The notes under the pieces: model-generated
Seen by the model: the letters and a program-made list of their open reading frames with translations, nothing else
Database searches by the model: none
What the model was told of the DNA's origin: nothing
Source of the DNA: Isurus oxyrinchus
Taxonomy: Eukaryota
Reading direction: 5' to 3'
Assembly (NCBI GenBank): GCA_026770705.1
Contig: JANJGN010000009.1
Coordinates: forward strand, 138,756,001 to 138,820,000
Length of the DNA: 64,000 bases
Made by a program: the position numbers and the translations under genes
Shown here: piece after piece, positions 1-13,225 of the stretch
How positions within the stretch are numbered: the stretch's first letter is position 1
How the letters are laid out: every line of letters starts with the position of its first letter

Positions 1-2441
1 GCCACTTCTTTGTCCATTCTCCTAATCTGTCCAAATCCTTCTGCAGCCTCCCTGCCTCCTCAATACTACCTGCCCCTCCACCTATCTTTGTATCATCTGC
101 AAACTTAGCCAGGATGCCCTCAGTTCCTTCATCTAGATCATTAATGTATAAAGTGAAAAGTTGTGGTCCCAACACTGACCTCTGCAGAACTCCACTAGTC
201 ACCGGCCGCCATCCTGAGAAGGACCTCTTTATCCCCACTCTCTGCTTCCTGCTAGACAGCCAATCTTCTATCCATACTGGTAACTTGCCTCTAACACCAT
301 GGGCTCTTATCTTACTGAGCAGCCTCCTGTGCGGCACCTTGTCAAAGGCCTTCTGGAAGTTCAAGTAGATAACATCCATTGGCTCTCCTTTGCCTAACCT
401 ACTCGTTATCCCCTCAAAGAATTCTAACAGATTTGTCAGGCATGACCTCCCTTTAATGAAACCATGCTGACTTTGCCCTATTTTACAATGCACTTCCAAG
501 TATTCTGAAATCTCAGCCTTACTAATGGACTCTAAAATCTTACCAACGATTGAAGTCAGGTTAATCGGCCTGTAATTTCCTGTCTTTTGCCTCACTCTCT
601 TCTTAAACAGGGGGGTTACATTAGCGATTTTCCAGTCCTCTGGGACCCTCCCTGACTCCAGTGATTCCTGAAAGATCACCACTAACCCCTCCACTATCTC
701 TTCAGCTATCTCCTTCAGAATTCTGGGGTGTAATCCATCTGACCCAGGTGTTTTATCCACCTTCAGACCTTTCAGTTTTCCTAGCACCTTCTCCTTGGTA
801 ATGGCCACCATACTCAGCTCTGCCCCCCGACTCTCTTGAACTTTGGGGATGTTACTTGTGTCTTCCACCGTGAAGACTGACGCAAAGTACCTATTCAGTT
901 CCTCAGCCATTTCTTTGTTCCCCACTACTACTTCTCCGGTGTAATTTTCCAGCGGCCCAATGTCCACTTTTGCCTTTCTCTTACCCTTTATATATCCAAA
1001 AAAACTCTTGCAATCTTCTTTTATATTTCTGGCTATTTTACCCTCATATTTAATCTTCTCCCTCCCTATTTCTTTTTTAGTTGTCCTCTGTAAGTCTTTG
1101 TAGGCTTCCCAATCCCTTGATTTCCCACTGCTCTTCACAGCATTGTATGCTTTCTCTTTAGCTTTTATGCTGTCCCTGACTTCCCTTGTCAGTCATGGTT
1201 GCCTCATCCTCCCTTTAGTATGCTTCTTCTTCCTAGGGATGAATTTTTGCTGTGTCTCCCAAATTACTCCGAGAAACTCCTGCCATTGCTGTTCCACTGT
1301 CTTTCTTGCTAGGCTCATCTCCCAGTCAATTCTGGCCAGCTCCTCCTTCATGCCTCTGTAGTTGCCTTTATTCAACTGTAATACCGTTACATCTGATTCC
1401 AGATTTTTCCTCTCAAATTGCAGGGTAAATTCTACCATATTATGGTCACTTCCTCCTAAGGGTTCCTTCACCTTAAGCTCCCTTATCAAATCTGCCTCAT
1501 TACACATCACTAAATCTAGAATTGCCTGTTCCCTAGTAGGCTCTACCACAAGTTGCTCCAAAAAGCCATCTCATACACATTCTACAAATTCCTTTTCTTG
1601 GGATCCACTACCAGCTTAATTTTCCCAGTCTACCAGCATATTGAAATCCCCCATGCTCACTGTAACCTTGCCTTTCTTACACGCCTTTTCTATCTCCAGG
1701 TGTATCTTGTGCCCCACATCCTGACTACTGTTCGGAGGCCTGTACATAACTCCCATTATGGTTTTTTTTACCTTTGCAGTTCCTCAACTCTACCCACACA
1801 GATTCTACATCATCTGACCCTTTGTCATTTCTTCCTATCGATTTAATTTCATTTCTTACTAACAAAGCAACCCCCACCTCTGCCAACCTGCCTATCTTTT
1901 CGATAGGATGTGTATCCTTGGATATTTAGCTCCCGGTCCTGATCCCCTTGCAGTCATGTCTCCATAATGAGCACCACATCATACCTGCCAATTTCAATCT
2001 GCGCCACAAGCTCATTTACCTTATTTCGTATATTGCATGCATTCATATACAACACCTTCAGTCCTGTATTTCCCGTCCCCTTTCTCATTGTCGTCCTTTT
2101 ATCTGATGTGCTTGAAGTTAGATTCCTAGCCCTTTCCAAACACTCTGTCCTATTTTGTGTTCTGGGGACTTTAATAGCCTCTCCTGGGCTTTCCTTTCTT
2201 TTCAGTTTTTTCATAATTTTCCATGAAGTTGAATCCACCCCCGCCCCCCCCCCCCACCCCACATGCTAACCTGCTGCTTTGTTTCCGATTATTCATACTT
2301 CTTGGAGTTTTACCCTCCAGCCCCCCCCCACCCAATTTCTAGTTTAAAGTCCAGTTGACCACCCTGTTTACCCTTTTCGCTCGAACATTGGTCCCAGGTC
2401 GGTTCACGTGGAGACCATCCCAACAGTACAGATCCCTCCTG
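1..2441 (-). mobile_element. CR1 LINE, decayed; end of ORF1 (SGNH esterase) plus ORF2 endonuclease and RT, runs off the window start
   Basis: Minus ORFs 1954-2262 (LKVLYMNACNIRNKVNEL...YDVVLIMET, APE N-terminus) and 1193-1561 (PTREQAILDLVMCN...LGGSDHNMVEF, APE C-terminus). RT-like sequence continues to position 1. 2340-2441 translates RRDLYCWDGLHVN...TLN* (DGLH esterase motif). Confidence 0.93.
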
Positions 2442-2504
2442 TTTTTGCTCTCCAAATTTGAAAAAAAAAAGATATAATTATGTTACAAGCAGTTCAGATA
2501 AGTT

Positions 2505-2990
2505 TCATTTGACTCATTCCTGGGATGAAAGGCTTATCCTATGAAGAAAAGTTGAACAGGTTGGGGCTTACACTCATTGGAGTTTAGAAGAGTGAGAAGT
2601 GATCTTACTGAAACATAAAATCCTGAAGGGATTTGACAGGGTGGATACCAGAAGAATGATTTTCCTTGTGGGCGAGACTAGAACCAGGGGACACAATTTA
2701 AGAATAAGTGGTTTCTCCTTTAAGACAGAGATGAGGAGAATTTTTTTCCTCTCAGCGGTTTGTTAGTATGTGGAATTTTCTTCTCCAGAAAGCAGTGGAA
2801 TCTGGTCACTGAATTTATTCAAGGCTCAGTTGGATGTATTTTTGATAGACTAGGGAGTTGAGGATTAAGGAGGGCAGACAGAGAAGTTGAGTTGAGACCA
2901 CAATCAGATCAGCCACAATCTTATTGAATGGCACAGCAGGCTCAAATGGCTGAATGGCCTACTCCTGCTAAGACCTATGTTCCTTTGTAC
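2505..2990 (+). mobile_element. CR1 LINE 3' fragment (ORF2 end + 3' UTR)
   Basis: Typical CR1 end: ggagtttagaagagtgagaagtgatctt...gaatggcctactcctgct...tatgttc. Confidence 0.85.
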
Positions 2991-3107
2991 CTGTCTAACC
3001 AGCTGTGTTACAGCCATTGGGATAGCACTCACCCTTGCTTCATGAATACATTATCTGCATTAAATGCACCCTCACCAAGGTATTGTCCAGCACAATTGAT
3101 GACAGAG

Positions 3108-3215
3108 CATAAGAACATAAGAAATGGGAGCAGGAGTAGTCCATCTGGCCCATCAAGCCTGGCCTGCCATTCAATAAGATCATGGCTGACCTGCCCCAAG
3201 CCTCAACTCGTCTTT
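3108..3215 (-). mobile_element. CR1 3' tail fragment
   Basis: cataagaacataagaaatgggagcaggagtag...cattcaataagatcatggctga is the reverse complement of a CR1 tail with its terminal short repeat. Confidence 0.8.
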
Positions 3216-4269
3216 CGTGCCTCAACTCCCCGTTATTTCAGAAACCCTATCTACCTCCTCTTTACAAAGTGTGCATACACTCAGTAGATGCCATTTGGAT
3301 CATACAGCACCCATATTGCCCAAACAAGGGGCATTACCCAGCCCAATTTAACACCCAAAGTAGCTTAATGAGCTGAAGCCGCAAGTATTTTTCATGCTTC
3401 AAGACTAGAGTTCTGCTGTATAATCAGAGATGGATAGTAACTCCTCACAACACTAGTGGGAATACTGGGGAATATGGTAAATATCTAATTTATAAACAAA
3501 AATGAGATGAACCGTGATAGTAGAAAGTGTGTGACTGATAAGATGTTTGCAGTGAACAATTTAATAAGCCTTCAGCTATATTAGACCATAGTATTGGAAA
3601 GGTGAATTGCTGAAAAGCAAAGCACATTGATCAGAGTAAATTCCTAATATGGATAATTAGCTTCAATTTTAAATTTTTTAAAAGTTGATTCCCATGGGGC
3701 ATTGCATTAACTTAACCATAAGTTTTTTTTTAGTTTGGCTGAAAATGCATTTGTAATCATTTGTATCAAAAGCAAAAGTCTTATTTTCTCCAGTGAGAGA
3801 ATACATTGAAAAAATCATCTTGGAACTGTGAGCAGATTCAACAGAAGTTACATCCATTTCATGCTTTTTTAAAAATACTTTACTGGCAAATGAACAACAT
3901 CAGAAAAGGGTTTGTGCAGGAATGGCAAATGTAGATGATTTTTCTTCTCTTTAGCCTCTTCACTCTTGTCTTCCAGTAGGATAGAGCTCCAACCTAGTTG
4001 CTGAATTTTCCATATTCATCATCGACATTGGATATATGTCTGCTAGATGGAGACAGTCCCTTCATTTAACTTATTCCTATTTTCTGCCAACCTTGGACAT
4101 TCTACTAATGTGCAATAACTTGTCAAATAACTTGGCTGAGGACAGGCGAAATTCAAACAATGAATGCAGGCGAGTTTATGCTGTTATAAAAATCTTGCAG
4201 AGGCCATGCATTTCCTGTCTATAAATCTTGCTTCCAGGTATTATGGTTTTTGGTGATGCTTTGTTACAA

Positions 4270-4388
4270 AAAAACACTTGCATTTATGTAGCACGTTTAA
4301 CAGAGAAATGTGTCAGAGCACATCACAGAAGTATAATCAGATAATATTAGGGTTAAGACAAATATTAGGAGGCATAACCAAAGACCTT
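4270..4388 (-). mobile_element. L2-like LINE 3' end, left piece (split by Harbinger A)
   Basis: acttgcatttatgtagcacgtttaac...aaccaaagacctt resembles the reverse complement of the L2-like end at 46780-47082; continues at 10682. Confidence 0.7.
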
Positions 4389-4655
4389 GGGCAGAATCGT
4401 CCCAGATTTGCACAAAGTGCGGTAGCGGTTGTTTTACCCGTCGGCTGCAATGGCGGCTTTTTACACTGTATTGTTCCAAACCCACCACATTAATTATGCA
4501 TTCCCAGGAAATACGCTGTTTCCATGGTGGGCGGGCTTTCATTTGCCTGCCCTACCATCACCTCACCGTTTCATCATGCCAGGCACCATAATTAAAATCC
4601 AGCCACATCACATCTTTCACTGTTTCCTGTCCATGACTGCTGCATGGAGGACAGG

Positions 4656-6120
4656 ATGGCCTTGAAAGGCAAAAAGACTGCAACCCCCGAGTTTAGTGAC
4701 ACATCTCTCGACTCTGTTGGGGCCCGCCGTGCAGTCCTCCTCCACCACTCTGGCCACAGGAGGGGCAACGGCATCACCAATCCAGCATGGGAGGTGGTGG
4801 CAGCAGTGGTCAGCATCAATGCCATGCAAAATGGTCTCATCCGTTCCACCAGGGTAATTCACTCTTCTCATCGCTCTCAACTCACACACTCACCAACCCA
4901 TCACACATCCACAGGGATCTCACACCTCAAGGGACAACATCACTAGCTCTCACACACACCCTCACATCTCCATCAGGCTCATATCCTCTTGAGCTCATGT
5001 CCTCATCCTGCCCATGGCTCTGCTCATCACACAAACATTCCACGCAGTGCCATCTGTCTTGCTCACACTCTCTCCATTTGTTTCCTTGCATAAGTAGTTT
5101 GCTCACATCAGCAGGAAGAGGTCCCAGTCCGGGGGTGGAGTGGTCCACATTAAGCCCCTCACTCACTTTGAAGAGTGTGTCATCGTGCTGATTGGTGAGG
5201 ACATGGACCATGCCTGTGGTGATGGTGAGGTCAGTGGTGAACACCCTCATGAGGATCCTGCACCACATTATCCATCTCTCAACACAACTGTGAGTGCTGT
5301 CTCTCCTGCTTTGGACTCTGCTGCCATGCACTAATTATCTTTACTTTGGTTCACAGGGAGCTCTGCCAAGTGACCGACACCCTCAGCCAGACAGTCCCTC
5401 AGCTCCATCCACGTCCTCACCTCCTGCCAAGAGGGCATCTCCTCCATTAAAGAGCTGGAAATAAGCAGCCTGGAAGACCCATCACAGCGCTTACTCACAC
5501 CCTGCACCAGCGCAGAGACACATACCTCGGTGGGACCTAGAACTAGAGCAAGCTCAAGTTCACAACCTGGTGGTCACCACATGGACACAAGTCCACAGCA
5601 ACACAAGTCAGGTTCGTGTGAGCTCCCCAGCACTTGAAGGGCTGCTGGGGATCAGGCATCTGTGACGTTTGAGTCAGGTGATGAACCTCTAGATTTATTC
5701 TTCCAACTCATCCAGGAGAGTCAGCAGAAGGTGGGTGAATATCACGCAGAGTTGTTGGAGACTGTCAACAGAGCAGCATGCGAGTCAGAAGGGCTCTGAT
5801 GAAGTGGTGCCCACATGTGGGAGGATGGCAACTGCCATGGGGGCTCTGGTCCAGCAGAATATGGAGATGTGTGCAGACTATCGTGGGAGCTATGGGTGAG
5901 TTCCTGCAGTGGCAACATGAGAGGGAAATGGGGCACCTCGATGTCTGTCCAGGTGCTCCTACCCCTGAAGGAGTCAGGCCGGGGCCTCCGGGAGGAGGAG
6001 CGGCAGCTGGACACCCCTGGGTCATCCACTCAGGAATCTCAGAGGCTGTCCTCTCCCTCTGAGTTTCCTTTGCCTGTGAGCCCCTCAACCTCATCCCCTG
6101 TCATCACAGAGGGAGCAGCC
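4656..6120 (+). pseudogene. Harbinger Myb/SANT-like DNA-binding protein, multi-exon, decayed
   Basis: MALKGKKTATPEFSD...AWEVVAAVVS...RSTR followed by a gtaatt donor at 4854. Later exons (acceptor cacag near 5356) are homologous to the Myb gene at 52462-54146. Stops and frameshifts present. Confidence 0.8.
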
Positions 6121-6559
6121 GGCCAACGAGTGATTCTGGATGGAGAAGTGTGTGTGTGTGGGGCAGGGCCTTTTGCAGACTCGTGCAAGCCCACTCCCAT
6201 GTACGCGGATTCTTTCGGTATCACAATCACCTCAATATCCTGAGCATTTTCATTGCTGCCTGCTGATGTTCACTTTCAATTGTCCATCTGAGCTGACCTG
6301 CATCTCCGCCCACCCGATGATCACACTCCCATGAAGCACCTGATCTCACCCATCACGACTGTTGTTTCACTTTCAATTTGGATATCATGGTCTGGATTCA
6401 CTTTTTCATCAGCTCCCCCATCCTTTCCCCTCCACCAGTCACACATTTCCTTTCCCCATCATAGTTGACCTCCCTGGCATCACCTTCCACCTCCCCTCTG
6501 TGACCTACCAGCCACAACCCTTTTCTTTTGGGGATGTCCAGCTGAACATCACATTCTAG

Positions 6560-7500
6560 TCCTTCCCGATAACCCCACCCCCATCCACATTCACCTTCCC
6601 GACCTCCTCCTTTCCACCCCCAGGGTCCCCACCACCACCCTTGCCATCCCTTCTACCGCTACTGTCGAACCCTCATCATCCCACTCTACTGCTTCACTTT
6701 GCTCTCGCTCAATCTCAACATTCCCTCGTTCCACACCACCCTCAGCTCTCTCCCCAGGAGGCAGTCATGGATCCATCAGACCCCTCCCTTGCATGTTCAC
6801 TTGGATATCTACTCCTCAGGACCCCTATCCCATCCACGCAATCCCTTCCCCTCCCCGGACCCCTCCCCCCCTGCAGAGACCCTTCCCCCCACTCGGAACC
6901 CCTTTCCCCCCCCCCAGAACCTCTTCCCCCCTAGTCCTCCCACCTCCCACCCCCACCCCCACCCCCTCCTAAGACACCTACCCTCACTTAGGCCCTCTCC
7001 CTTCCTGACTCCCTCAGACACACTTACTTCTTCCACCACCCTTAGTCCTTCCCCCCTCACGATTCCTTCCTCCAGCCTTACCTCTTCTTCCCTCCAGGCT
7101 CACTCCTTCCCCCTTCCTGACTCCCTCAGATACCCTCACTTCTTCATCCAGGTTTCCTCCTTCCCCCTTCCCCCATCTTTACTCCCTCTCTTCCCCACAC
7201 TCCTTCGTCCCCCTGGAGTCCCTCCCCTCTCTTCATTCCTTCCCCCCTCTGAACTCCTTCCCTTACACCTTACATCCTCTTTCACCTAGTCCCCAGTTGT
7301 AATCTTCTCCCGTTACCCTCTCCTCCCTGGGTACTCCCTCCCCCCTCCCAACCTACCCCTAACACCTTCATTCCCCTCCTCCCAACCTCAACTCCCCACC
7401 TCCCCGGACACCTGCATTCCCCTCCTCCCAACCTCTCTCCCTGACACGTCTTCCTCTCCCAGTCAATCCTGGACTTCCCTCTCCCACTCCCTTGACCATC
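6560..7500. repeat. C/T-rich low-complexity tract inside Harbinger A (G-rich on minus strand)
   Basis: About 900 bp dominated by runs of c and ct; gives only spurious Pro/Ser-rich ORFs. Confidence 0.9.
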
Positions 7501-7834
7501 ATCCATTGTGAGCATCAACAGTGACTTTCCAACTTCTGTGAGGTGCTTTGCAGCAGAGTCATGTACATGAGAATCCACCCAGCATGCCATGGACATTCCT
7601 CCAGGATTCCATTGCTGTCAGGCTCCAGCAACTTCTGCTCCTCGGAAGTCCACAGTGTGAGCAAGGCCCTGGCAGTAAGTCCCGACTTCTGCATGTCACA
7701 GTAGTCAAGACATGTTCTACACTGGCATCTTTTCCTGTCGACGTGGGTGGATTCTCCAGTGGGGGGTGTGGAAGAGTCCGGCAGGTTGGCCTTATAATGA
7801 GATGCTGCAGTATTACAATGAGGTTCCCGATTCT

Positions 7835-10405
7835 CATAGTAATAGAGTCATAGGGTCATAGAGATCTACAGCACAGCAAAAGGCCCTTCAATCCATTGAG
7901 TCTGCGCCAGTCCAACAAGTGCCTAACTATTCTAATCCCATTTTCCAGCACTAGGCCCATAGCCTTGTATGCCATGGCATCGCAAGTGCACATCCAAATA
8001 CTTCTTAAATGTTATGAGGGTTTCTGCCTCTACCACCCTTTCAAGCAGTGAGCTCCAGATCCCCACCACCCTCTGGGTGAAAAGGTTCTTCCTCACATCC
8101 CTCTAAACCTCCTGCCCCTTACCTTAAATCTATGCCCCCTGCTTACTGATCCCTCCACCAAGGGGAAAAGTTCCTTCCTGTCTCCCTATCTATGCCTCTC
8201 ATAATTTTATATACCTCAATCTCCTCTGCTCCAGGGAAAATGACCCCAGTCTATCCAATCTCCTCATAACTAAAACTCTCCAGCCCAGGCAACATCCTGA
8301 TAAATCACCTCTGCACTCTCTCTAGTGCAATCACATCCCTCCTATAATGTGGATTCCAGAGCTGCATGCAATGCTCTAGCTGTGGCTGAACAAGCATTTT
8401 ATACAGTTCCAGCATAACCTCCTTGCTCTTATATTCTATGCCTTGGCTAAAAAAAGGCAAGAATCCCGTATGCCTTCTTAACCACCTTATCTGCCTGTCC
8501 CGATACCTTAAGGGACCAGTGGATTTGCATACCAAGGTCCCTCTGATCCTTGGTACTTCCCAGGATCCTACCATTCATCGTGTATTCCTGTACCTTGTTT
8601 GTTCTGTCCAAGTGCATCACATCACACTTGTCCGGATTAAATTCCATTTGCCACTGATCAGCCCATCTGACCAGCCCATCTATATCCTCCTGTAATCTAA
8701 GGCTATCTTCATCACTATTTACCACCCACCAATTTTTGTGTCATCCGTGAACTTACTGATCAACTCTCCAACATTCAAGTTTAAATCATTTATATGTACC
8801 ACAAACAGCAAGGGACCCAACACCGATTCGTGTGGAACCCCACTGGACACAGGCATCCAGTCACAAAAACACTCCTTGAGCATCGCTCTCTACTTCCTGC
8901 CACTCAGCCAATTCTGGATCCAATTTGCCAAATTGCCTTGGATCCCATGGGCTCTTACCTTCATTATCAGTCTCCCATGTGGGACCTTATCAAAAGCCTT
9001 GCTGAATTCCAAGTAGACTTCGTCAAATGTATTGCCCTTATCTAGACACCTGGTCACCTCTTCAAAAAATTCAATCAAATTGGTCAAACCTGACCTCCCG
9101 TTAACAAAACCGTGCTGACTGTCCTTAATTAATCCCTGCCTCTCCAAGTGTAGATTAATTCTGTCCCTCAGAATTGCTCCCAATAGTTTCCCCACCACTG
9201 ATGTTGGACTGACTGACCTGTAGTTCCCTGGTTTATCCCTTCCTCCCTTCTTGAATAATGGTACCACATTGGCTGTCCTCCAGTCCTCTGGCACCTCTCC
9301 TGTAGCCAGACAGCTTTTGAAAATTATTGCCAACGCCCCTGCTATCTCCTCTCTTGCCTCACTCAACAGCCTGGGATACATTTCATCCGGGCCTGGAGAT
9401 TTATCTACTTTTAGGCCTGCCAGACCACTTAGAACCTCTTCCCTTTCTATGCTAATTTCTTTAATTACATCACAGTCCTTCTGTCTGATTTCCATACTCA
9501 CATCGTCCCTGTCATTTGTAAACACCGACACAAAGTATTCTTTTAGAACCCTACCTAAGTCTTCCAGCTCCACACACACATTACCACTATGGTCCTTTAA
9601 TGGGTCCTCCTCTTTCCCTAGTTATCCTCTTACTCTTAATGTACTTGTAAAATAACTTTGGATTTTCCTTTATTTTACCTTCCAATGTTTTTTCATGCTC
9701 CCTTTTTGCTCTCCTAATTTCTTTTTTAAGTCCCCCCCTACACATTCTATACTCCTCTAGGGCTTCCGCTGTTTTGAGCCCTCAGTATCTGCCATAAGCC
9801 TCCCTTTTTCTCTTTATCCATTCCTGTATATCCCCAGACATCCAGGGTTTTCTGGATTTGTTGATCCCACCCTTTTTCTTTACTGGAATATGTTGGCCCT
9901 GTACTCTCCCTATTTCCCTCTTGAATGAGTCCCACTGCTCTGATGCAGATTTACCTAAAAGTAGCTGCTCCCAGGCCACTCTGGCCAAATCATATCTGAT
10001 CTTATTAAAATCAGCCTTCCCCCAATTTAAAACTCTGATTTCTAGCCCATCCTTTTCCTTTTCCATAACAACCTTGAATCTAGTGGAGTTATGATCACTA
10101 TCTGCAAAATGTTCCCCTTCTGATACCTCTACCACTTGCCCAGCTTCATTCCCTAAAATTAAATCCAGGGCCACTCCCTCTCTTATACTGGCTTAAAAAG
10201 CTCTCCTGGATGCATTTTAAGAATTCCGCTCCCTCCAAACCTATCCCACAATGACTAACCCAGTTAGTGTTGGGGAACTTGAAATCCCCCACTATTACTA
10301 CCCTATTATTTTTACACTCTCTGAAATTTGCCTACATATCTGCTCTTCTATTTCTGTTTGAGGGCCTGTAGTACACTCCCCGCAATATGACTGCTCCCTT
10401 TTTGT
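7835..10405 (-). mobile_element. CR1 LINE, 5'-truncated ORF2 (APE C-half + RT) with 3' tail, nested in Harbinger A
   Basis: ORFs 8890-9579 (KSPGPDEMYPRLL, PEDWRTANVVPLFKKG, PGNYRSVS, SQHGF, FSKAFDKVPH), 8447-8725 (LQEDIDGLVRWADQWQMEFNPDKC) and 9782-10174 (LDLILGN...SDHN); tcatag repeat tail at 7835. Confidence 0.95.
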
Positions 10406-10504
10406 TTTTGTTTTTCTGATGACAGGGAATGTGGTCTACCTTCAACAGGCAGAGTGGATGATCGCAAACCTGTTTCACAAAGTCGTGAAACTGATTTTTG
10501 GCCT

Positions 10505-10590
10505 TAGAAACATACATGGAAACATACATAGAAAATAGGAGCAAGAGTAGGCCATTCAGCCCTTCGAGCCTGCTCTACCATTCATTCTGA
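10505..10590 (-). mobile_element. Short CR1 3' tail inserted in the Harbinger A terminus
   Basis: tagaaacatacatggaaacatacatagaaaataggagcaagagtaggccattcagcccttcgagcctgct. Confidence 0.8.
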
Positions 10591-10681
10591 TGAATGATGA
10601 ATTATGTTGAACCTTCTCGCCATATTTTCCGCTCGTGCCACCGAACACACCTGATGCTAGAGGGCATGGAAAATTCTGCCC

Positions 10682-10908
10682 ATTGGTTTAAGGTGGGCCT
10701 TAAAGAAAGAGGGAGATGAGAGTTTTAGAGAGGAAATTGCAAAGTATGGAGCCTAGATGACAGAAAGCAAGGCCACTAATGGTGGAATGAAGGGAATTGG
10801 TGGAGGGGGTGATGGTTAGATGGGGGGAAATGCATGTGAGGTCAGAGTCAGAGGAAAGAAGAGTTCTTGGGATGAGGTGGAATGGGTTATAGGGGTAGAG
10901 GAGGTGAG
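10682..10908 (-). mobile_element. L2-like LINE 3' region, right piece
   Basis: Continues the fragment ending at 4388 (ggtttaaggtgggccttaaagaaagag...gagcctagatgacagaaagcaaggccactaatggtgg). The minus ORF 10700-10978 is L2-ORF2-end-like. Confidence 0.7.
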
Positions 10909-10909
10909 A

Positions 10910-13225
10910 AGCATCAGGGCATGAGGGAGACTTGTAGGCAGCAGTCAGGAGCACCAAGCACTGGTGCAGGATAGCCACCTACTTGCTCTAGCCCATCCAG
11001 ACCTACAGCCAGTAGGGCCAGGGGGCATGGAGAATAGCAGGCTGCCTCAAAATCATCTGCAGATACTGAGGATGCCCCTCATCACAGCACTTGCAAACGA
11101 TTTAAGAAGGGTACATATAAATACCGCTGTTTGCTTGACTTTGTGTATATTGTTCCATGTATTTTGAATTAAAACTGCTTGTGTTTTACAGATCTCTGTG
11201 ATTCAGTCATTGAGGACGTCATGGTATTAGGGTAAGAATGGGAAGAGTCATCAGCTGGTGTCTCACAGGCATGAGGTTTAGCTGCTTCAATAGGTTTGAG
11301 CATCATGTCAGCAGAAAGGGGCAGACCATGTAGGGTTTGTACATTATTGTGATTTAACTCCATTGGTGAGCAACTTTTCCCAATTAGCCCTCAGTGCATA
11401 ACAGAGCACTGGAATTGAGGCAGGGTAAGGTTTTCTACTGCCTCCTTTGCATCGATTTCCACGAGTCTGGCATCTCCACCATGTAGATGTTGATGTCTCT
11501 CTTCCAGCCCTATCTCCGCCCCCCCCACCCCCCTTCGTCATGATCTGATGAGGCTTATGCCACCTCTTCCTCATCAGGGGTGTGTGTTCTCCTCTTAGCT
11601 AGATTGCGCAGGGTGCAGAACACCATGGCAATACGTGAGACCCTCTTTGGGTGGATACTGAAAAGCTCCCCCTCCAGGCAATGAAAACATATCTTCAATT
11701 GCCCAATAGTCTGCTTGATGATGGCCTGCATGGTGCTTCGACTGGTGTTATCTCTTTCCTCAGCATCAGTGTGAGGGTTTCTCATGAGCATCAGTGTGGG
11801 GAGGGTAGCCATGGTTTCCAAAGACCCATCCATTGAGCTGATCCCATGGAATGAAATTGGCAATGCAGCTGTAGGCCATCATGGCTGTTGCCTGGATACC
11901 TGGAGCACATCTGAAGAACCTGTTTTCAATGGTCACACAACAGCTGCACATTTAATGAGTAGAACCCTTTCTTGCTCATGAACGTAGCTGGTTGATCAGA
12001 GGGTGCCCTGATGACGATATGTGTGCAATCGATCACACCCTGCACTTGCAGAAAACTAGCCATGGCCTCAAAGACCATGGAACCACTCAGCCTGGCTGTC
12101 CGAGTCCATCCAATATTGTATGAGGTCACCAGCCACCTTGAAAAGAGTGCTTCTGACACTCTTGATGTAGAGTGGCTGCCTGCGCGATTCCGCACAGGAT
12201 TCCAGGTGAGCCCTGGAAGGAACCCATAGTGTGGAAGTTAAATGCGTCTGTGATGTTAAGCACAACTGGCATGAGGTTACCATCATAACCCCTTGGGTGA
12301 AGGTGGGCCTGCATAGACCAGTCACCGTTTCGGGACACAGATAGAGTGGCCCCTGGCACTGCCACTCAGTCATTTGTAGACAGTTCAACCTAGTGCAGCT
12401 GAGCCGGACTGTGGCCGTATGCGTCTCCCCTGCTGCCCGGCTGCTTGGTCTGATGCTGTCTCCTGCAACTGCTGCTGTTGGGGTGGTGGTGGGGATGGTG
12501 GGTGGGGGATGGCTGTTGTGCTGTCTCTGCATCATTGCCCTCAGGCTTATCGCGGACACCTTTAAATGCAAGTGGATTCAGCATTACTGCATGTATTAAT
12601 TCCATTGCGAATGCCTCCAAACTGAGCCATTTTTGTTTGCTGCCACTTTAAGAGGTGGACCTCTGCTCTGGCAGTGAGCATGGCCCCTTTATGGGCCTGG
12701 CCCTCTGACTGCCAAAGGAAAACTTCCTTTGTAGGCTCTGCCCCCCAGTCCCAACCCCACCTCAGGTCAGTCCCTTGAACACTCAAATCTGCAGCTTGGA
12801 TCCAATCATAGATGCAGACAACACCACTAAAGATTAGCTTTATCGGTTTTGGTAAACCCCCATGAAAAGCTGTCAGGTTTCACTGGGTGGGATTTAGTGG
12901 TCACAGGAGATCCGTAGGGCTTTCATTAAATTCCAAACGCAGTACTGAATTTCAGTGGACTCAGTTTTCATATAATTCAACAGGCCAGTTAATGAGGAGG
13001 ATTAACTTTACAGTGCAAGCATGAGTTGCATGCATCTGCCTCTTCCTGCCTCCGACTTAACTGTGGGAGGTTTTATGAGTATATGAACATGCAAAATAGG
13101 AGCAGAAGTAGACCAATCGGCCCCTTGAGCCTGCTCCATCATTCAATGACGTGAAGCCTCCTGAGCAACGAAGTGGGTCCATCCACCATCTTTCCCACAA
13201 CAACAGGCTGGATTAAATTCTGCCC
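10910..13225 (-). mobile_element. PIF/Harbinger element B, left-truncated
   Basis: Right TIR aaattctgccc ends at 13225. Transposase relic on minus. Convergent Myb-gene C-terminus on plus near 11050-11120 (SSADTEDAPHHSTCKRFKK). Confidence 0.75.
11540..12620 (-). pseudogene. HARBI1-like DDE transposase, decayed
   Basis: Frameshifted pieces VQGVIDCTHIVIRAP...KGFYSLNVQLLCDH, GWVFGNHGY (DxGY-like) and IKQTIGQLKICFHCL...CTLRNL. Confidence 0.9.

Larger units (their letters stand above)
4389..10681 (+). mobile_element. PIF/Harbinger element A, non-autonomous (Myb gene only), with nested CR1 insertions
   Basis: TIRs gggcagaat (4389) and attctgccc (10681). Both subterminal regions match, in reverse orientation, the ends of element E (49287-54410). 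It splits an L2 fragment. Confidence 0.85.

Noticed and set aside
6699-7289. 196-aa Pro/Ser-rich ORF
   Set aside because: Product of a C-rich low-complexity tract that lacks stop codons; no domain features
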